Made by a program: the position numbers and the translations under genes. Under the pieces are notes generated by a model. That model was not told where the DNA came from, ran no database searches, and saw only the letters and a list, made by a program, of their open reading frames with translations. DNA of 64,000 nt from Euprymna scolopes (lineage: Eukaryota), in the NCBI GenBank assembly GCA_053919585.1, contig CM132809.1. One strand, written 5' to 3'. Positions 52,380 to 64,000 of the stretch are shown piece by piece; the stretch's first letter is position 1; each line of letters starts with the position of its first letter.

Positions 52380-53910
52380 TTTTTAGCGGATAGAAATTAA
52401 ACAATCTGGTCTAAGACATCACCAGTTCTCGACTGCATGATGTTATAAAAAACTAGTCATCAGAAAACATGAGTTTCTGATCTCATACACGTTGTGCTAT
52501 AAAAAAGAACTCTAATGATCTTGCTCTAATTGTCTCCAAACTTTTCAAAAAAAGCCTAAACGAATCTTACTTTCCTTACTACTGGAAAACTACTTCTGTT
52601 GTACCAGCTAACTTGAAGTCTGGTGAAAGTTCTGACTCATTATATTATTGCCGATTAGCGGTCTTCCTCTGCTAAACTTCTGTCTGAATAAAAGGTTGAT
52701 TTAGGCAAGCCCATTTTCCTGCAAATGTCCTAATTGTAATGGTTTAACGTCTATACCGCTCCGACATAAGGCGAGGTAGATGAGGACAATAACACTAAAC
52801 ATATCAAGGCTTTTGAGAAAATATTTCACGATGGTCTTCTAATAAAAAATTTACCACGGTGACTTACAGCGTTACTAAAATAATACTTAACATAATTAAA
52901 TATTTCTTAAATAAGAGAAAAAATAAACAAATAGTCTTCAATAGCTGTTCGTCTAAACAATATGATAAAATGCGCGTGTGCTTTTGGGGTCGATCCTTAA
53001 ACCTTTGCTATTCTTGATATCCATAAATGGCCTTCCATATTTAATGGTCTCTAAGATAGATATATTTGCTGTCGACACGCTCTATAACAGACATCGGGAG
53101 TAGACGAATGCATACATATCAAAGCAATGCCACTAACATTAGGGGAAACCTTGAGTCTGTAGTGGAATGGGATACAAATTAATAGAAATAGTCACTGCTT
53201 CCAAAACTAAGCTTCTTTCCTTTAATTATTATAAGAAACGTATTTACCCACTAATAGCCATCGCTAATTGAACATTATTCGACGGAATTTCGTTCAAAGT
53301 CGCCGGCTTAAAATTCCCAGGCAGGATTAATTGAAATATACATCAGGAACATTGCAAAGTCTGTTGTAAAGAAGGGCCGATAGAATGTTACTTAAGCCTG
53401 AAAGCATCCTGTCACTCTACAAGGACACCACTCGCATATGTGTGGAGTATAGTTTTCAAATATGGGTTGGACATCTGCTACTAGTACACCACTCTAAGAC
53501 AGTGTGCAACAGAGAATTGACAACTTAATAGATTCCGCAGTGCCCTATGTGCGATACTGTCCCATCGACAGATACGGTCCACTCGACATGATATGTCATT
53601 AATCTGCCTATTTTACAAATATATTAATGCTCCTCTTACGTACTACAATCCCATTTATCCCTGATATAAATACCTCCGACAAACCCGACCACCAGTAATA
53701 TCACACTCTTCCACAGTACATATGTGCAGATACCGGAAAGCCTTCTACTCTAATAGCTTTTCATAAGGACTGGTAGACTTTGGAATTCCCTTCCAAGTCC
53801 CTGCTTTTCTGAATGTTTTAACCTTCAAAAGTCTAAATACAAATTATGATCCATACATAATCCCCTTAATTAAACTGGCACTCTGTTTTGTGTGTGGTGA
53901 AAGTACAATG
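52380..53910 (+). pseudogene. Highly decayed CR1-group LINE related to 28900-31375
   Basis: FPYYWKTTSVVP and SILSLYKDTTRICVEY; shares ACGCTCTATAACAGACAT with about 30482. Confidence 0.7.
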
Positions 53911-53999
53911 CAAATATTAAACCTAAAGTCAGGTCGAATACAAGGCCTTATTTAAAATTTAGTTTTTAATTAATGAAATAAAGATTATGTTGCATATGT

Positions 54000-54725
54000 G
54001 TTGTGTTATCAAACGTTACCTTCGTTATCTTAAACAGGCAATAACATTTCAGATCTAATGCATCCGCACTATCGGATAAAATCAACCCATACAGTGCACT
54101 CATTCGGTTGCACCACTGTTTCTCTTATAAAAAGTGCTGTTATATAATGTGTTATGGTGCATTGATGCCTATTGTGTTTTGCCGATGTATACACTCCCGA
54201 CTAACAAGCATCGACACCATTTTTTGGTTCTTGAGGTTCGTAGTTTCTGGAATAATGTAACTGCAATAAACCTTTCCCTTATATGGCTGAACTATTTAAG
54301 TCAGAATCAGTTTTTTATTACACTTATTTTAATTACAATCAGATGTTTGAATATAATCTGAACGGACATATCGCTGCTTAACTCTCTACAGTATTCTGCT
54401 AGACACCATAAACAATCGTAGCTATTTACGTTCAAGTTGAAATTAGATTCGGATATCACTGAATAGGGTAATCTAATAATATAGGAGTGTCATATTTTCG
54501 ACTCATTTTTGCCATTGTGGTCTCCATCCTTTCATCCCAGGTTGATCTTAATCGGCACCATGTATTGTTTGGATGTTGATCCTGTGTAATCTTCTTCTGA
54601 AAATATCAATGTTCTTACATACGCAAATTAATACCGATTACACTGTTCATATTAACCATAAAGCAGTTATCAGAATATATTTTTCCTCGCTTTGATCGAG
54701 TCTAACTCCAAGGAATTAATCTGGT
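54000..54725 (-). pseudogene. Possible decayed LINE 3' half (Ingi/Vingi-like)
   Basis: Minus-strand remnants FLGVRLDQ, LRSTWD, LAEYC and CGC occur in the expected order. Weak. Confidence 0.25.
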
Positions 54726-54763
54726 TAGTTCTTCTATTATGAGAGGCCTCTACCCATCTCTAG

Positions 54764-54845
<82 letters not shown>

Positions 54846-54847
<2 letters not shown>

Positions 54848-55130
54848 TGTACAACCTGCGAAGCGAACGTCTCTCTATTCTATCTTCTGTGTATTTGGGA
54901 TTGTTTTACTCTGTTATTTCTGTTGAATTCACCTATACGTAACAACCATCATCGTCGTCGTCATGAACGTTGTGGATTTGTACCGTTATGGACGCGTTTT
55001 CATTTTAAAAACTGTACAACCGGCGAAGCGAACGTCTCTCTATTCTATCTTCTGTGTATTTGGGATTGTTTTACTCTTTCATTCATGTTGAATTTACCTA
55101 TTTGTAACAACCATCATCATCGTCATCATA
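54846..55130. repeat. Partial tandem duplication, 165-bp period, adjacent to (TA)n
   Basis: ACTGTACAACC.GCGAAGCGAACGTCTCTCTATTCTATC... occurs at 54846 and 55011. Confidence 0.85.
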
Positions 55131-55330
55131 AATGCTTCTTCATATATATTCTACATGTACGTGTATGTGTACGTGTGTGTGTATATGTATGCACATGCGT
55201 GTGTTTATGAATGTATGAGTGTATGTGCATGTTGTCATGTGTATTTGTTCTTGCGTATGTATGTGTGCGTGCATCTGTTTGTATGCATGATTGTATGTGT
55301 ACGTGTATATCTTTATTTCGATATGTGTGT

Positions 55331-56215
55331 GGGGTGGAGAGGACTCCCAAAAGCCCTGTTAAGGCTACCCCTCTGGGTGAAGAAAATCTCTGATTTAAAA
55401 AAAAAAATAAATACATAAAGCGAGAGACCAGTACCCGCATTAAGCTGGTCTGCGGTTTGATTTGTTGCTGGCTATCTTGCTCATGCTATTTGCTGGATCT
55501 CGACATTTTGAACCGAGAGAGAGACTTAGACGTCGTACAAAGCTAAAACCCTGTAACATCATCTTTGTATAGACACTTCCTCAAGCATTTGTCTATATAA
55601 ATTTTCCGTGGCGATGGAAAAAATGTCATGCGTGTAGCCCTGAAATGCAGGAAGCATTTAATAATTGATCTGCCAGCATTCTGTATATGCATATGTGTGT
55701 ATGTATGTATGTATATTAATATATGTACTAGTGTATGCATGTGTATGTATACCTATTTGTATATGTATGTATATACGTATGTGTGTATATATTTTTATTT
55801 ATTCGTTTATTGTGTATACATGTTTATGTGTGTTTTTATGTATATACGTATATATATTTGTGTGTATGCATATGTATATGTATATATGCATATATATGTA
55901 TGCATATAGGTGCATATATATTTATGTGTACGCATATGTAGGGAACTTTATGTGTATGTATTTATATGTGCATACATGTGTACGTATATGTATGTGAATA
56001 TGTATGTATATGTGAGTGTATGTATTTGTATATGATAGCATATATGTGTATGGATACATATGCATATGTGTGTGCATGTGTGTATGTATATGTTTGTATG
56101 TATGTGTTATATGTATTGTGCATGTATGGATGTATGGATGTGTGCATGTGTGTATGTTTATGGGTGGGTATGTGTATGTATGTGTGTATATGCATATATA
56201 TATATATATATATAG

Positions 56216-56246
<31 letters not shown>

Positions 56247-56375
56247 TATGTATGCCAAGGACCTTCTTCAATGCCATGTCTGCTTGAGCATGTGAATTCC
56301 CTGGCAGGACTAAAAAAAAAAAAGATTATTTTCGGGCTCATGCCCTTTCAGTGACTGACGGAGTGGCACTCGTCT
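55331..56375 (+). mobile_element. SINE-like element, copy C (longest), split by an expanded TA/TG simple repeat (about 55683-56250)
   Basis: The 5' part matches 22590-22840. The 3' part GGGCTCATG...GTGACTGACGGAGTGGCACTCGTCT matches the ends of copies A and B. Confidence 0.6.
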
Positions 56376-56769
56376 NNNNNNNNNNNNNNNNNNNNNNNNN
56401 NNNNNNNNNNNNNNNNNNNNNNNNNNNNNNNNNNNNNNNNNNNNNNNNNNNNNNNNNNNNNNNNNNNNNNNNNNNNNNNNNNNNNNNNNNNNNNNNNNNN
56501 NNNNNNNNNATTTACATGTCTTGCAATATTATGATATATATTTTGTACAGGAATTAATCCGATTAATAACACGAATAAAAAACATAAATCGATATTAAAA
56601 TAGATGATATCTCCTATGGATTAAAACAGATAATTTTACGTAAGAATATATTACGTTACACCAAAAAAGATGAGATGATATCTGTAAATCATTTCTTTTT
56701 AATAAATAGTTATTATTTTTCTAAAAATATCAGCAGCTTAGCGTATATTGGCTCTATTTTTTCTGCGAA

Positions 56770-57483
56770 CTACATCATGAAGTTCAATCTGGTATCTTCT
56801 GCTTCGGCCCGACTGAATGACTGAGTGCTCGCCAACCGCAATCTTTGGACCGATACAATAGTCTCTATGAACAAATCCGTCTTCATAACCACCATACTCG
56901 ACATTTCCCATGCATGTGTTCAGTATCAATATTACATCAGGCTGCTGGAGTCATTTCACATCAGACGACTACCGCGGGTCCTCAGCCTCCATTGGTGACA
57001 CAAATCCGTCTTCGTCGAGCAACGTCCTCAGGATTCCCTCAAATAGATTACGGTGAAGAGTTCTCTTCGGTCAGCTAACTGCCGACCGACGAAACGGAGG
57101 CTGTCCGAAGGAACGTTATATACACTGAATGAACCTCACCCTCAAGCGCTACAACACCCTCTTTAATATTGTTTAGAAACTTTGGAATCTGAGAGAGACA
57201 CTTAGCGCTTTGGAAACGGACAGATATACATGGCGCTTCACACGTGATACCGGGATGGACTTCTTCAACAACAAGCATGAGCGAGCAGTTACGAGCGCCG
57301 CAGACTGACACATTGAAGAGTGGCGGCCGTGCATTATCAACACCCAAACCCTGTCTTCATGTCCTCTATTTGTGTAAATATGCTAGACAAGGCATCGGGC
57401 TTAACAGTTATACACCTACATCACAGAGTCAAATAAAAAAAAAGATGGAGAAGACGTCGTCATCCACATTGATGACCTACGAG

Positions 57484-57486
<3 letters not shown>
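56770..57486 (+). pseudogene. Decayed RTE-clade LINE 3' end
   Basis: NRNLWTDTIVSMNKSVFITTIL, HIRRLPRVLSLHW, and C-terminal LCKYARQGIGLNS (compare the RTE CxSRIGLxSH motif). Followed by (TA)n. Confidence 0.5.
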
Positions 57487-57543
<57 letters not shown>

Positions 57544-57687
57544 CTACTTAATTTACTATGATAAATAAATAGACGAAAGTATATATTTATGCGTACACTT
57601 TAAGTATTTACTTCAAAAGTGCTCAATACGTATGGAGAGCTAGTTAGTAAGTTATAAAATATATATGGCGTTTAAGCTATACTGAAT

Positions 57688-57722
57688 AGTCCGCGTTTCA
57701 TCCACTCCAGAACTCTTCAGGC
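57688..57722 (-). ncRNA. Decayed or variant minimal hammerhead-like motif, PLE-2 inverted arm
   Basis: CTGAAGA-GTTC.TGGAGT.GGAT-GAAA-CGCG; lacks the canonical UH. Confidence 0.45.
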
Positions 57723-58190
57723 GTATGCGCGAATTTTGTGGTTGTGTGTCGCTTTTATATACGAATCTTCTATTGAGATTTTAGTTCGCCTATCAGCTTT
57801 TTAGTATTCACCGCGGGCTTTCTATCAGCCATTGAAGATGAACTTACCGAACAAGGGCATATTTGACCTCTGGTTGACCAGTTCCTTTTGTGAGCTCTAT
57901 TTAGTCTGGATATCTAGTTTCTTGATCTGTTTTAAATCTAGATNNNNNNNNNNNNNNNNNNNNNNNNNNNNNNNNNNNNNNNNNNNNNNNNNNNNNNNNN
58001 NNNNNNNNNNNNNNNNNNNNNNNNNNNNNNNNNNNNNNNNNNNNNNNNNNNNNNNNNNNNNNNNNNNNNNNNNNNNNNNNNNNNNNNNNNTTTCGCAACT
58101 ATTGTGGCCTGGTAAACTACGCTTTTTGTTGGGCATTTATTTTGAAGTGGACAAAGTGTGCTGTGTCTACAGTGGCATTAAAAAACTAAA

Positions 58191-58997
58191 ATGAAAAATT
58201 CGTTTGATTTGGCGATGGGGGTAAGGGATTCTGCAGAGACATCAGATTTTGTGGGATTATTCATTCTATATCCCCTCACAAGCATAGTTGATACTAAGGA
58301 TATCGACGTATATAAAGATGATGGACTAGCTATAATAACAGACCCCAACAAAGTCAAGAGAGATTACTGTAAGAAAATCATACACAAGGAAATGAAAAAA
58401 AAAATTAGGCCTAAAAGCAGATGTATCAGCTAACATTAAAATAACAAACGTCCTGGAGGACACGTAATATTTATATAAAAACACATATGAACCCTGCTTA
58501 AAAGATAACGCTACACTAATATATACGTAAACCCTAAGTCCAATCACTTACCATCAATTATAACACAGATTCCTAACTCGATTGTAAGTAGACTCAGCTA
58601 AAACTCAAGCGATTGAAATCAATATCTATGAAACAGCCCGAAAATAGTGGATACAAAATCATCGATATAAAATATAAGCAAAAAACAGCAATAACTATAA
58701 TAAAATTAAAAATAGAAGGAAAAGAACTGTAATTTAAACAAAACTTGGCAAGAAATTTCTAGATCTTATTGAAAAACACTTTCCTGCAACAAAGCCCTTA
58801 CCGATATATTCAATAAAAATACATTAAATTATCCTACAGCTGCTGTGAACATTTAGAGGGGATAATTAAAGCACATAATAACAAATTATTAAATAAAAAC
58901 AATGTAAACAACAACAACAAAATAAACAATAACAAAGTAGACACCATGACAAAAATAAAACTAACACTGGCAGAAATAATAATAATAATAATAATAA

Positions 58998-59028
<31 letters not shown>

Positions 59029-59489
59029 AATAAAACCCGGTCAACAACAACCATACTAGAAATAATAATAAAATACTTATAACGAACAAGATAAATGCCG
59101 ACTCTATACACCGCACACTTTGCCCAGGTCAAAATAAATGTCTAACCAAAAGCGTAGTTTACCAGGCCAAAATATTTGCGAAAAAACCCGAATAACCAGA
59201 AATAATACGTGGCATGACTTCCTTAGATTTCAAAACTCGATTTATGACCACAAAAGTACATTCAACAATAAAAAACACGGTATGAAAACAATGCTTACAA
59301 ATAAATACGGTAGTCGAATGGAAAATAATAGGACAAGCTACCACACGTAAAGACCTAGCCGACGCATGTAGATTATGTCTTCATGAGAAATTTGCTATCC
59401 TGTACTTTAAAGAAGCCCAGCATCTATTAAACTGTACAATAGAAATAGCGAACAACTGTGTTCACAGGATAAAATTTACTCTAGGATAG
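58191..59489 (+). pseudogene. PLE-2 RT C-terminal half + GIY-YIG-like C-terminus, disrupted
   Basis: FDLAMGVRDSAETSDFVGLFIL, VYKDDGLAI, PKSNHLPSII, IFNKNTLNYPTA, KCLTKSVVYQAKI, LCLHEKFAIL..LLN..E..NCVHRIKF. Confidence 0.8.
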
Positions 59490-59629
59490 CGATACTAAAT
59501 AATTTTAAAACCGACAAAAACGATAGAAAATAAACAAATAAATAAAATAAACATGAATAAACACACAGTATCACACATCTATGTATATATATATATATAC
59601 ACACACACATATATATACATACATATATA

Positions 59630-59666
<37 letters not shown>

Positions 59667-59778
59667 TAACCTATATTTAAAACAGGTCATAAAACAAGAT
59701 ACCCAGACAAAATAGAGCACAAACAATGTAACAGGTCACCCATAGGCCAAATATACCTTTGTCGGTAAGTGCATCTTC

Positions 59779-59860
59779 ATTGGCTGATAAGAATGGCGCG
59801 GTGGATACAAGAAAGCTGATAGGCTTACTAAAATATCAATAGAAGGTGCCTATATAAAAA
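59779..59860 (+). promoter_or_regulatory. Putative Pol II promoter in PLE-2 pseudo-LTR (reverse CCAAT ATTGG; TATATAAAA at 59851)
   Basis: TATA-like box about 40 nt upstream of the hammerhead core, conserved in the inverted arm (CTTTTATATAC, about 57752-57762). Confidence 0.35.
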
Positions 59861-59890
59861 CGGCAGACAACCACACAATTCGCGCATAAG

Positions 59891-59925
59891 CCTGAAGAGT
59901 TCTAGAGTGGATGAAACGCGAAATA
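59891..59925 (+). ncRNA. Decayed or variant minimal hammerhead-like motif, PLE-2 3' pseudo-LTR
   Basis: CTGAAGA-GTTC.TAGAGT.GGAT-GAAA-CGCG; lacks the canonical UH. Confidence 0.45.
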
Positions 59926-59946
59926 TTCAGTGTAGCTTATTCGCCG

Positions 59947-60012
<66 letters not shown>

Positions 60013-60424
60013 ATTTATTTAGTATTTAGGACTCATACGTTTGCAAAAAATATAGGGGTATTTCAGACTCTGACACGAAGGATCAGATGTAAGATTTGGA
60101 TTTGTATAAAAAAATTATCCTTAAAATGTATTATTTCTTCTCTATCACACACACACACACACACACACATACACATACGTGTATTACGTTTATATTGATT
60201 AGATACGTGTAAAAATCATATTGGAATGCTTTTATTTTCATTCACCCGAGCGTTTTCTGTCATTAAAGAATTTTTATAAATTAGCTATAAATATGTGTAA
60301 TTGTTTGTAAGTATGTGTAAATAAAATGTGAATAAAATAAGAATAATAGTAACTATATAACTAGTGCGTGTAGAAGTCTATGGTGGTAAGAGCAATATTA
60401 GAGGAAAATATTAACCATAGTTGT

Positions 60425-62700
60425 TGTATTTTATTTTATTACATTTTCATCCCAAACAAGGCACATTGAAACTTAGGAGTAGGGGGCGACTATCAGGGAC
60501 ATAAACTACTGGGATACTATGTAGGGAGTTTGGCTGCAAGATGTCTGTTCACATTACACTTGAACTTCTGTATGTCAGTACAGTTTGGAAAGCAGGGACT
60601 CAGAATTGAATTCCAAAGTCTAGTGGTTCTGCGAAAGAAACTACTGGAGTAAAAACTCTCTTCCATCTAGAGATCACTATTGTGTAGGGGTAGGATTTAA
60701 CTGATTGTCGGGTTTGTTGCTGGTATTTACGTCGTGGGAGAACAAGTGCTTGCAGTTCGGCAGAACATTCACCATAAAAATACTTATTTTAATAGGCAGA
60801 AGGATGCAACATTTCGTCGGTTGGACAGAGGCTGAAGCTTAGATAAATGTTCAGGACATATCAGGTTGGAGTCTCTCTTTTGGACCTTGTCTTTGAGAAA
60901 GAGAATAATAGTAGGTGAACCATCCTTAATATGACTACAACACTTAATACATGGGAGAATGGTAGACTTATTGAGGTACAGGATACTTTTGGGGGTTCGT
61001 AGCTTTCTAACATCATAGAGAGAGCCTACCCTTTTCGTAGCGGTCCTGGCAGTGCTCTCAATATATTGTTCCAACTCATGTGCTACTAGCTGCGTCTACG
61101 TAAGTAGAGAATGCAAGCCAGTTTCTGTGGTGGACATTGAAGTCACAAAATACATGTAATTGTGATCTAGTGTCGAGGGAGAGTGCTGTATCTATGCTGT
61201 CAGAGACTTTGCTTATTATGGTGCACTCCAAGGTCGAGGGAGAGAGGTAGAGAAAATAAAAGTAGCTATTGTAATCGCACGATCAATCCTTTATGTGCTT
61301 TAGACTTAACATGCAACGGCATGCACGTCTAAACCACATAAATGCTTGATCGTCCGATTCTAGGTTTGTTTCTCTAGTCAAGGAGATATAAAAACAATAT
61401 AGCCTCCAGGGTTGTGTATACGCTTGTGGGAGTCCTTACAGAAGAGTGCCAGATATCCAGGCATGTTAAAGATGTTAGGGATGATGGAGGAGTGTAGGTT
61501 TGTCTCACTTAGTGCAAACATATCCAGGAGGGGGGTTGTTAGGAGAATTGCTTCGATATCATGTAAATTAGTTCTAAGCCCACGGATGTTTGTAAATGCA
61601 AGCCTAAAGGGAGGAGGCAAGTTAATTAGTTTGAACCTTGGTCTGGATTTAGCGTATTTTTTTTATTGTGCGTTCATTTTTTAAAGAGTTTAGTTCAGGT
61701 AAAAAGGGGGGTTGAACAAATGGTTGTACAGAATACCAGACATGCAATAAAAGTATACTATCAGATGACCATCAGTAACTAGGATTTGGGCCTAAGGAAA
61801 GCCCACTGGCGTGAGTGCAGGGTCTCTTTCCATGCGCGGCATGGAACTACAAACTTCCCGATATTATAGAGCAGTTGATGGAGCAGCCGCTCTAAGCTCT
61901 ACCAAAGAGTTAAGACTCTTGCACTACGAGTCGGAAACAGAAGCCAAAGCCTGCCAATCTGGTACTCTCAACCTATCAGACGAAAGTCAACCAATCTAAT
62001 TTCATAGGCATTTGTGGCACTAAAACACTTTCCAGTGCCCAGTACCCATTTTCGAGGAGTTGGATGTGTCGGGAGTAGGGAAATCGGCGTTCATTGCCCT
62101 AGTCAAGAAACACGATCTACCACTGAGTGTTTCACTCGAATCCCGGTGATAATAACTCTACGCCTGGCTTATAGGCAAAAATTGGGCGTGACAGCAGGGA
62201 GATAGAAAGAGCCTATCTACCTCTTAAGCAGTTTAGGTTTGCAAACTGGTATTTTCTTTGGGTCACCAGCATTAGGAAGGTTGTCACCCAAGACTGAAGA
62301 GGCCTTTTTCCCCTTAGGTTCAGTTTCAGAGTTTTTCTTCTCCAAGACGGATGATCTGGGAAGATTTACTGGGTCCATCAGCACCGAGAAGGTTTGCTCA
62401 GCTCCTGGGTCCTAATCCAGGTATCTCTGCGACCCCCTGAAGTTAGTTATTGCTACTGGGTTAGTTTGTAATGGTTGTATATCTACTGAATAGTTACACT
62501 CCTCAAAGTTTTACAACATTGTGCCAACAACTAAATTGCTATCCAACTTTGTTTCAACTTGGTATCCAGCGTTTAGTGTGATATCGACGAATATTACAAC
62601 GCACTTTGAATTTTTGTATTCAATGTGAGCAGTAATTTAACACTTCTCAAAAATTGTAGTTAGAAAGTGATTGTGGTGTGAGTGTTGATGCTGCTAACGA
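60425..62700 (-). mobile_element. Internally deleted CR1-group LINE: 5' region + APE N-terminal half fused to RT C-terminus and 3' UTR
   Basis: APE motifs FTNIRGL, FALSET and DFNVHHRNWL (61085-61620) directly abut WEQYIESTAR...ILYLNKSTILPCIKCCSH (60784-61077). The 5' boundary is uncertain. Confidence 0.8.
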
Positions 62701-64000
62701 TCTGGAAACCTGTTGAAAACGTGATAGCGTGTATTAGATGATGTAATATAGAAATATGTGTGTTATGCTACCAGCAACGTTTTCCTAACGAGAGAAACAA
62801 CGATCATTACTAAGATGGGCATTAAAATCAAATACACCTATATAACTAGTAACAAATGAGAGACATAATTGATTATGATACAATCATTTGTCGAAGGAGA
62901 ACGGAAGAAAATTACGTATAATTTTATTTTCTTCCTTTCTCCCCGACCACATGATTGCATCATACTCAACTATGTCTCGGAGAGCATATGTTCATGCTCC
63001 ATGTTTAGTCTAAAATATGGGAAGACTAACTAGTTTGATACTAGTTTGCATTTGTCAGTCAACAAAGGGCTGTTACTGATATAGATTCTAAGTAAGTGCA
63101 TGTGTATACGGTCTTGCGGCAAAGTGAGGCATAACCAAACATGTGAAAGTGATTAAATAAAATAGAAATGTGTAGCTTAGTTTCAGTTAGGTCTAAAATA
63201 TGGTGGGAGTTTGACCGAGAAATTATTCTACATTCGCTTAATTATTAGTCTACCGATATTTATGAATGCCATCATCATTGGAAAAGCGAATTTGTTTTGT
63301 AAAGGTGTGCGTTAGGCTTGATAGAATTTTTATGGAACGCGTTTATATCTGTTAATGCTCGCTTAAATCTATTGACAAGCATCTCTTACCACCGATATCC
63401 ATCGGTGTTTTGTATTTGATCGCTAACGTATCACAATAACATTTAAATTAACTTCGTGTGAATATCGTAACATTGTCACTTAAAGTTGTATTCGCTACTC
63501 CCAGTTTGCTAAACACTTCGTTAAGCGCTCTTATTATATTTGCAGCAGTTAGATTATATGTTTAAAAAAAATATCTGTACATTTAAAATAGCAATACATT
63601 ATTACTAAGTAACAATAATAATAATAATAATAATAATAATGATAATAATGATAATAATATCTATTTCTTAATGATACATTGTTCATATGAATTCCATTTC
63701 AATGAAGATCTATATTTGACACGGATTTAAATTTTAGGTGTGCTGATTTTGCTACTATTTAGCATGCTTTACAATGTCTCAACATAATTTCAATTGCCTG
63801 GGTATTTTTCGGCGATTACACATTGCGTTTTATTACTGATTTCATTCTAAGTATACCCAGATGAACCAACCGAGTTTCTATGTAAACACGTTTTCGTAAA
63901 AACGCTTGAGATTACAACTCGCTGCTCATACATCAATGTCTCGCAACAAATTGAAAAGGGTGATATGGTTTTTTTTTGTCATTCTCGCTCTCTTTTACTT

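Larger units (their letters stand above)
57560..59946 (+). mobile_element. Penelope-like retroelement 2 (5'-truncated, YxDDGL-type RT) with inverted 5' arm
   Basis: About 57660-58180 is an inverted copy of parts of 59095-59946. (TA)n tracts lie at 57487-57542 and 59947-60007. Confidence 0.85.

Overview
This window is AT-rich, microsatellite-rich eukaryotic DNA, most likely from an invertebrate metazoan (inferred from the repeat families). I could not identify any host protein-coding gene or prokaryotic feature. Positions 1-21120 are a 23-bp satellite (GGATTAAGGTATGGAAGTCATGT, about 920 monomers) with nested higher-order periods of about 5.9, 4.1-4.4, 1.6 and 0.46 kb. The rest is a transposon graveyard: a Tc1/mariner-type MITE, three copies of a SINE-like element, non-autonomous Helitrons, several decayed CR1/Jockey-group LINEs, RTE- and R4/Dong-like relics, and two Penelope-like elements (PLEs) with inverted pseudo-LTRs carrying hammerhead-like cores. 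The best candidate system is a very young non-coding element at 33357-34014. It holds three identical, apparently intact type I hammerhead ribozymes: two in direct repeat 343 nt apart (a retrozyme-like circRNA unit) and one inverted, forming a perfect 194-bp-arm palindrome. Two further leads are an HIV-1-type UUUUUUA site placed exactly for a -1 frameshift into the RT frame of the Neptune-like PLE, and a short motif (ATTGARCACT) downstream of the ribozyme in three otherwise dissimilar elements. Nine N-runs of 129-235 nt hide some junctions. All comparisons were done by eye.
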